DNA from: an uncultured Nitrososphaeria archaeon
GTDB lineage: Archaea; Thermoproteota; Nitrososphaeria; JACIWG01
Assembly (NCBI GenBank): GCA_964448685.1
Contig: CAYUWR010000015.1
Span: 2,217 to 66,216 of the forward strand
Length of the DNA stretch: 64,000 nt
Direction: 5' to 3'
In this document: positions 58,676-64,000 of the stretch, piece by piece
How positions within the stretch are numbered: the first letter of the stretch is position 1
Layout of the letters: each line of letters starts with the position of its first letter
Notes under the pieces: generated by a model
The model's database searches: none
What the model saw: the letters and a program-made list of their open reading frames with translations, nothing else
Told to the model about the DNA's origin: nothing
Made by a program: the position numbers and the translations under genes

Positions 58676-59912
58676 GAGAAGCACCATAGAAGGATTCTTC
58701 AAGGCACCACCATCAAAGAGCATAACACATAGAGCCCTCATTTGCGCCGGGCTCGCCAAAGGCAGAAGCATAATATCATCCCCTCTGATATGCGATGACA
58801 CTCTGGCCACCATAGAGGCGTTAAGAAGGCTAGGTGTCAAGGTGAGGATGAAAGGAGAAAAGATAGTTGTAGACGGCGGTAAACTGAAGGCACCCAAGGG
58901 AGAGATATTCTGTAGGTCGTCTGGCACAACCCTACGATTCATGACAGCCGTATGTTCTCTCGTTGGAGAAGAATGCAGACTCACCGGAAACGAAAGCCTG
59001 ATGAGGCGTCCAATTGAGCCTCTTCTTGAAGCACTCAGGCAGCTTGGCGTAGAATGCCGAATAAATGGAATAACGGTTTCTGTCCGAGGAAAGCCTAGGG
59101 GTGGAGAAGCAAATGTAAGAGGTGATGTTAGCTCCCAGTTTATATCCGCCTTACTTCTGATTTCCCCCCAAATCGAAGGAGAAACCGTCATCAGCTCACA
59201 GACCAAAATCCACTCACAACCTTACATATTGTTGACCATGGACGTGCAGTCCAAGTTCAGAGCAGAAGTCAAGAGAATCAACGAAGCAAACTTCAAAGTC
59301 CTTCCGCGACGGTATGAACCAACCACCTTTAAGGTGGAAGGCGACTGGAGTTCCGCATCATATATCCTTGCAGCTGCCGCCCTCACAGGCAAGGTCATCG
59401 CAGAAGGCCTAAACCCAAAGAGCCTGCAAGCAGACAAGGTCATAGTCAACCTCATAAAGAAAATGGGTGCAACAGTCAAGAAAGAGAGGAAATCGATGAC
59501 GGTCGAGAAGTCACCTCTTAAACCGATAGAGTTTAACGTATCAGACTGCCCAGACCTGTTTCCAGCACTCTCAATATTGTGTTCACAGGCCAACGGCTCA
59601 AGCCTAATAACAGGCATTGAAAGACTAAAGTCAAAAGAGTCAAATAGGATCGAAGCTATGGAAACATGCCTAAAGAAGATGAAAATAAAAGTTGAGAGAG
59701 AAAAAGACTCCATCAGAATATTCGGCTCAAAGGCCTACGGCTCAAGAATATATCCATACGATGACCACAGAATAGCCATGGCCTGCGCCACACTGGCCTT
59801 AACAGCAGAAGGGCAGACGACCATAGAGGATGCAGAATGCGTCAACAAATCCTTCCCTGAATTCTGGAATGTGATGAAAAACTTGAAGGCGGACGTCAAG
59901 GTGACCAAATGA
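58650..59912 (+). CDS. aroA: EPSP synthase
   Basis: PPSKSITHR, SGTTLRF, RRP, SSQFISA, KESNR, DHRIAM, KSFP.F. Confidence 0.95.
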   Translation: MTEVRAVVKRSTIEGFFKAPPSKSITHRALICAGLAKGRSIISSPLICDDTLATIEALRRLGVKVRMKGEKIVVDGGKLKAPKGEIFCRSSGTTLRFMTAVCSLVGEECRLTGNESLMRRPIEPLLEALRQLGVECRINGITVSVRGKPRGGEANVRGDVSSQFISALLLISPQIEGETVISSQTKIHSQPYILLTMDVQSKFRAEVKRINEANFKVLPRRYEPTTFKVEGDWSSASYILAAAALTGKVIAEGLNPKSLQADKVIVNLIKKMGATVKKERKSMTVEKSPLKPIEFNVSDCPDLFPALSILCSQANGSSLITGIERLKSKESNRIEAMETCLKKMKIKVEREKDSIRIFGSKAYGSRIYPYDDHRIAMACATLALTAEGQTTIEDAECVNKSFPEFWNVMKNLKADVKVTK

Positions 59913-61021
59913 GCGCCAACACGATAGGTGTGATGTATAAGGTTACAAGCTTTGGAGAAAGCCACGGCAGATGCGTCGGCGCCATAGTAGACGGCTGCCC
60001 AGCCGGCCTCAAAGTCTCAGAGGAGACCATCCAAAGAGAGCTGGAAAAGAGAAGAACCCACCAAAGCAGCTTCTCAACCCAAAGAGAAGAGGAAGACAAA
60101 GTCGAAATCATCTCAGGAGTATTCAACGGATTCACAACAGGCGCACCAGTATGCATGGTGATATGGAACAAAGACATAGACTCCACCCCCTATGAGAAGA
60201 TAAGAACTAAGCCCAGACCCGGACACGCCGATCTCACATCATATCTAAAGTATGGAGGATTCAACGACTACAGGGGCGGAGGCAGATTCTCTGGCAGAAT
60301 CACCGCCGGATATGTGATGGCAGGTGCACTGGCAAAAAGACTGTTGACATTACTGGAGATCGAGATACTCGCGCACACGGTTGAGATCGCAGGCGTCAAA
60401 GCCACACCGAAGACTTTAGCAGAGATCAGAAAGAATGTTGAAAGAAATCCTATCGGATGCGCTGACCTCAAAGCGGCAAGAGAGATGCTGGAAGCCGTCA
60501 ACAAAGCAAGGGACGAAGGCGACAGCGTAGGAGGCATAGTGGAAGGCATCGCAGTCAACGTACCAGCAGGCCTCGGACAACCAGTATTTGACACGTTGGA
60601 GGGAGATATAGCGAAGGCACTGTTCGCGATACCGGCAGTGAAAGGCGTCGAATTTGGATCCGGATTCGAGTCGGCAAGAATGAGAGGCTCAGAGAACAAC
60701 GACACATTCATAGTCAAGGATGGGAAGGTTGTGACCGAAACCAACAATTGTGGTGGAATCTTGGGAGGAATCAGCAACGGCATGCCCATAGTCTGCAGAG
60801 CAGCCATCAAACCCACACCTTCCATCTCAAAGATCCAGAAGACCATCGACATTGAAACAATGGAGCCTACAGGCCTTAAGGTCGAAGGAAGACATGATTC
60901 ATGCATCGTGCCACGAGCCTTACCCGTCGTGGAAAGCATGATCGCGATCGTCCTCGCTGACCACGCCATAAGAGCAGGCCTCATACCAGAAACCCTAAAA
61001 GGTGGCAGACTTGGCCTATGA
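59909..61021 (+). CDS. aroC: Chorismate synthase
   Basis: FGESHG, RPGHAD, GGGRFSGR, GGILGGIS, KPTPSI, GRHD. Confidence 0.96.
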   Translation: MSANTIGVMYKVTSFGESHGRCVGAIVDGCPAGLKVSEETIQRELEKRRTHQSSFSTQREEEDKVEIISGVFNGFTTGAPVCMVIWNKDIDSTPYEKIRTKPRPGHADLTSYLKYGGFNDYRGGGRFSGRITAGYVMAGALAKRLLTLLEIEILAHTVEIAGVKATPKTLAEIRKNVERNPIGCADLKAAREMLEAVNKARDEGDSVGGIVEGIAVNVPAGLGQPVFDTLEGDIAKALFAIPAVKGVEFGSGFESARMRGSENNDTFIVKDGKVVTETNNCGGILGGISNGMPIVCRAAIKPTPSISKIQKTIDIETMEPTGLKVEGRHDSCIVPRALPVVESMIAIVLADHAIRAGLIPETLKGGRLGL

Positions 61022-61322
61022 GAAAGAAATTGAAGCGGTCAGAAAGAGGATAGACGCGATAGACGAACAGATAATGAAGCTCCTTTCCGAAAGAGTCGAA
61101 ACCTCCAAAGAAGCTGGAAAATTAAAAAGAAGATATGGAAGGCCAGTCCTCGACCAAAAAAGAGAATCAGAAGTCTACGCGAAAACAAGAGAAAGAGCCA
61201 GACGGCTAAAGATAGACCCAGAAGGCAGTATATCGGTCTTCGAGAGGATAGTCAAGATGTGCAGAAGCTCACAAGAAGACGCCAACGATGCTGGGAGACC
61301 AAAAGATCAGACATCAAAATAG
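61002..61322 (+). CDS. Chorismate mutase (AroQ type)
   Basis: RKRIDAIDEQIMKLLSER, K, D..RE. Confidence 0.88.
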   Translation: MADLAYEKEIEAVRKRIDAIDEQIMKLLSERVETSKEAGKLKRRYGRPVLDQKRESEVYAKTRERARRLKIDPEGSISVFERIVKMCRSSQEDANDAGRPKDQTSK

Positions 61323-61364
61323 CAAAGGCGCAGAAGTGGGCACAAGGAGCACGACGATCTCTCA

Positions 61365-62195
61365 TCACCCCTGGCTATCAAAGGCATCCTTCAGCCTCAT
61401 CATCTCCTCCACGAACCTTCGCCTATCCTTCTTCTCCACCATCGCCAACCACTTTCGAACATTCCTTTCAAACCTCACTTCAGCCTCCTCTGTACTATCC
61501 AGACCCATCTGAATCTCCGCATACAATCCTGGATCAGAATGGATAACATTTTCGACAAGGCTAAATAGCAGATTAAAGCTTGTACCACCAACCTTCTTCA
61601 GCTCCCTTAACCCAGAATCCAGCCAAGTGTCAAAAGCCACAAGAGCTATGAAATGAGACAACCCCAATATTGTGCCCATCAGCCTATCATGCTCCCTCGG
61701 AGACATAACCGTCACCCTAAACCCCCTCATTTCAAGCCACCGTTTGAAGTCTGCAGCAAACCTTTCTTCCTCCTCTGAAGTCGGAGTCAATACAAAGTTC
61801 TGGCGACAGTCCACAGCGGATGGACCAAACAAAGGATGAGCCCCGAGCGTAACACAGCCTTTGATAAACCTGTGCATAAGATTGACAGGCCCCTCTTTCA
61901 ATGATGTCAAATCAACAACCAACTGCCCAGCTCTAAGATGAGGGCCTATCTGCTCAACAACCTCTTCGAAATCTTGAGGTGGAACAGAGATCACCACCAG
62001 GTCAGCATCCATCACCGCTTCAACGTTATCTTCAGCCACCCTAACAGAAGGCAGCTCCCCTTTGAGCTTATCCAACTTGCTCTTCGTCCTACCTGAAACC
62101 GTCACCTCGAAGCCTTCTCTAACAAAGAACCTAGAAAACCAGCTACCCATCCTCCCAGCACCACCGATCACAGCCACCCTTCTAAAGTTCATCAC
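61365..62195 (-). CDS. tyrA: Prephenate dehydrogenase
   Basis: IGGAGRMG, DLTSLK, HPLFGP, EHDRLMG..LGLSH. Confidence 0.92.
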   Translation of the reverse strand: MMNFRRVAVIGGAGRMGSWFSRFFVREGFEVTVSGRTKSKLDKLKGELPSVRVAEDNVEAVMDADLVVISVPPQDFEEVVEQIGPHLRAGQLVVDLTSLKEGPVNLMHRFIKGCVTLGAHPLFGPSAVDCRQNFVLTPTSEEEERFAADFKRWLEMRGFRVTVMSPREHDRLMGTILGLSHFIALVAFDTWLDSGLRELKKVGGTSFNLLFSLVENVIHSDPGLYAEIQMGLDSTEEAEVRFERNVRKWLAMVEKKDRRRFVEEMMRLKDAFDSQG

Positions 62196-62362
62196 AGGAC
62201 ATCACCTCCATCACGGGCAATCCACGATCTAGGCGACAACTCGACAAACCATATATGACGCACAGAACCCCCAACACATCCAGCAAAGGGTAGATTCGAC
62301 CACAGACAGAACCGAACTTGGACACGATCATACTCTATCACATCTTCTGAAAGTTACCCCAG

Positions 62363-63205
62363 TCAACTTCGAACAGCAAACTCCTTCGCCTTCGGATAAG
62401 AGCCTAAGACCTTCAAGAAAGTCGAATTCACCTCCAGCTCCCCCAGAGCATCCTTCACCTTTCCTTCCATCCTGTGACCTTCAAAGTCCAAGTAAAAGTT
62501 GTACTCCCAAGGCTTTCCCACTATAGGACGGGACTCGATCTTGGTGAGGTTAATATCTCTCCTAGCAAACGGTTCAAGCGCCTTATATAGTGCGCTAGGG
62601 ACATGCTTCGTCGAGAAGATTATCGACGTCTTGTCGACGCCGGTTTTCGGATGATCTTCCAAAGCAATGACAAGAAATCTCGTATAGTTGTGAGGATCCG
62701 TCTCGATATTTCGAGCTAGAATATTCATCCCATAGACCAACGCAGCCCTCTCACTTGCTATCGCCGCCGCGTTCGGAAGATCCTTCTCCTTCAGAACCTT
62801 CACACTTCCAGCAGTATCGTAGGAGGCTATTACGACGCAGCCTAAACGCTCCAAGAACTTTCTACACTGCCCCAGCGCCTGAGGATGAGAATAAACCTCC
62901 TTCACCGAGCCGATATCCTTTTCCTTCGAGATAAGGCAGTGCGATACCTTAAGAACCGTCTCCCCCCAGATCATGAGATTTGACTGCAGCAGCAGATCAT
63001 ATGTCTGGAAGACACTGCCTTCAATAGAGTTCTCGACAGGCACCAACCCATACTTAGCATCACCTCTGTCCACGGCACCAAAGACTTCCGTCAAAGTTCT
63101 ACACGGGAGAGTGCTGATATTCGGGCCAAAGAAGTTTAGAGAGGCCTCTTCACTGTAGGCGCCAACTTCCCCCTGAAAGGCCACCTTCAACCCATTCTCT
63201 GCCAT
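62363..63205 (-). CDS. pheA: Prephenate dehydratase with ACT domain
   Basis: FQGEVGAYSE, PVENSIEG, SHPQALGQC, NYTRF, LTKIESRP, LGSYP. Confidence 0.95.
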   Translation of the reverse strand: MAENGLKVAFQGEVGAYSEEASLNFFGPNISTLPCRTLTEVFGAVDRGDAKYGLVPVENSIEGSVFQTYDLLLQSNLMIWGETVLKVSHCLISKEKDIGSVKEVYSHPQALGQCRKFLERLGCVVIASYDTAGSVKVLKEKDLPNAAAIASERAALVYGMNILARNIETDPHNYTRFLVIALEDHPKTGVDKTSIIFSTKHVPSALYKALEPFARRDINLTKIESRPIVGKPWEYNFYLDFEGHRMEGKVKDALGELEVNSTFLKVLGSYPKAKEFAVRS

Positions 63206-63277
63206 CAGACCACTCTATCGTCTTCAAACCACAAGACTTAAAAGGATTAAAAGGAGTCAAGCAGACAGGAAACTATA

Positions 63278-64000
63278 ATGTCGATAAAGCCCTTCGATGA
63301 AACCGAAGCCACCAAGACCGTGGACGAAATCGTAGGCAAAGTTCAGTATGTGAACCGCATAAGTGAACAAGCTTACAAGTCAATTCAAGAGGCGCTCAAG
63401 AAGTCTCTCGAGAAATCGAGGGTCGTCGTTCCAGTCACCGACCCCTCACGCGTCATCCTTAGGGCGACAACAGTCCAAACACTCCTAGATGGCGTAAAGG
63501 ACCACGTTGGCGCGAGCCTTTATGCAAGACTCCTTCGCAGATGGGGAGAGGAAATCGGAGTAAGCTTCGGCCACATCCTAATCGAAACACTCAAACAAAA
63601 AAAGAGACTTCCAAAGACCTACAAGACAATACTTGTCGTCTGGGCCATCTTTGACAGCTCAGCCAGATGGGGCGACATAAGAGTCAACCAATTCGACGGA
63701 ACAAAAAGGACTGCAGAAGTCAAGATAACCAGAAACTTCCTCACAACCGGATACGAACATGACATACATAGACACTGTTCCTTCTTCGAAGGATACATAC
63801 AGGGTGTGACCACGCAGGCGTTCATGGAATGGGCGAGATGGTTCAACAGCACATACTCCACCCCCGTGAAACCTCTCCTATGTGAATCGATCACAGAACT
63901 ACAACATGAAGAAAGCTGCACATTTAGAATGAAATTTAGGGCGGAGGGGCTGGACGTGGCCTGTGACAGGCTTGTAGAATCCTTTAAAGCATACGACAAG
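63278..64000 (+). CDS. V4R-domain-like protein (runs off the window)
   Basis: Manual translation open from ATG 63278 to the window end: RRWGEEIGVSFG, RWGDIRV, HCSFFEGYIQGV, ESCTFRM. Missed by the ORF track because it has no stop in the window. Confidence 0.7.
   Translation, partial: MSIKPFDETEATKTVDEIVGKVQYVNRISEQAYKSIQEALKKSLEKSRVVVPVTDPSRVILRATTVQTLLDGVKDHVGASLYARLLRRWGEEIGVSFGHILIETLKQKKRLPKTYKTILVVWAIFDSSARWGDIRVNQFDGTKRTAEVKITRNFLTTGYEHDIHRHCSFFEGYIQGVTTQAFMEWARWFNSTYSTPVKPLLCESITELQHEESCTFRMKFRAEGLDVACDRLVESFKAYDK

Noticed and set aside
62184-62345. ~49-codon minus-strand ORF between pheA and tyrA
   Set aside because: No family, not enriched in aromatic codons, and overlaps the tyrA SD and start.
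63619-63999. 126-aa minus-strand ORF
   Set aside because: Antisense shadow of the plus-strand V4R-like gene.

Overview
Archaeal chromosomal window, judged from the class I LysRS, Cdc48, archease, archaeal CCA enzyme, Dph6, BHB tRNA intron and TATA-type promoters. A TACK-group anaerobe or facultative organism is a guess that the sequence alone cannot confirm. Left to right: lysS-cdc48-hsp20 divergent from a heat-shock-type wHTH regulator; surE, an Hjc-like nuclease and tldD/pmbA; a nitrogen block (pckA, glnA, AbrB-PhoU regulator, split glutamate synthase); dph6 plus a degenerate GATase; an AT-rich accessory patch; tRNA-Ser(TGA); a tRNA/RNA-processing neighbourhood (archease, rnz, thpR, cca, kinase) ending at an intron-containing tRNA-Pro(GGG); toxin-antitoxin pairs and an hsdR relic; a ~16-kb iron/Fe-S locus (dtxR-feoA-feoB, DUF134, DUF5320-type proteins, three NifB/NifX-like proteins, two 4Fe-4S ATPases, radical SAM, DUF1847, Mrp, Cys-tailed Lrp); a complete bacterial-type shikimate operon, pheA/tyrA and a truncated V4R gene. 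Most notable: a 215-aa mini-intein splitting the G1/P-loop of FeoB; an uncharacterised DUF134/DUF5320/NifX system with a repeated coiled-coil module and a tandem palindromic operator; a wHTH-transketolase fusion preceded by twin Tyr/Phe-containing micro-ORFs at the head of the aro operon. All family assignments come from motif recognition by eye; no database search was run.
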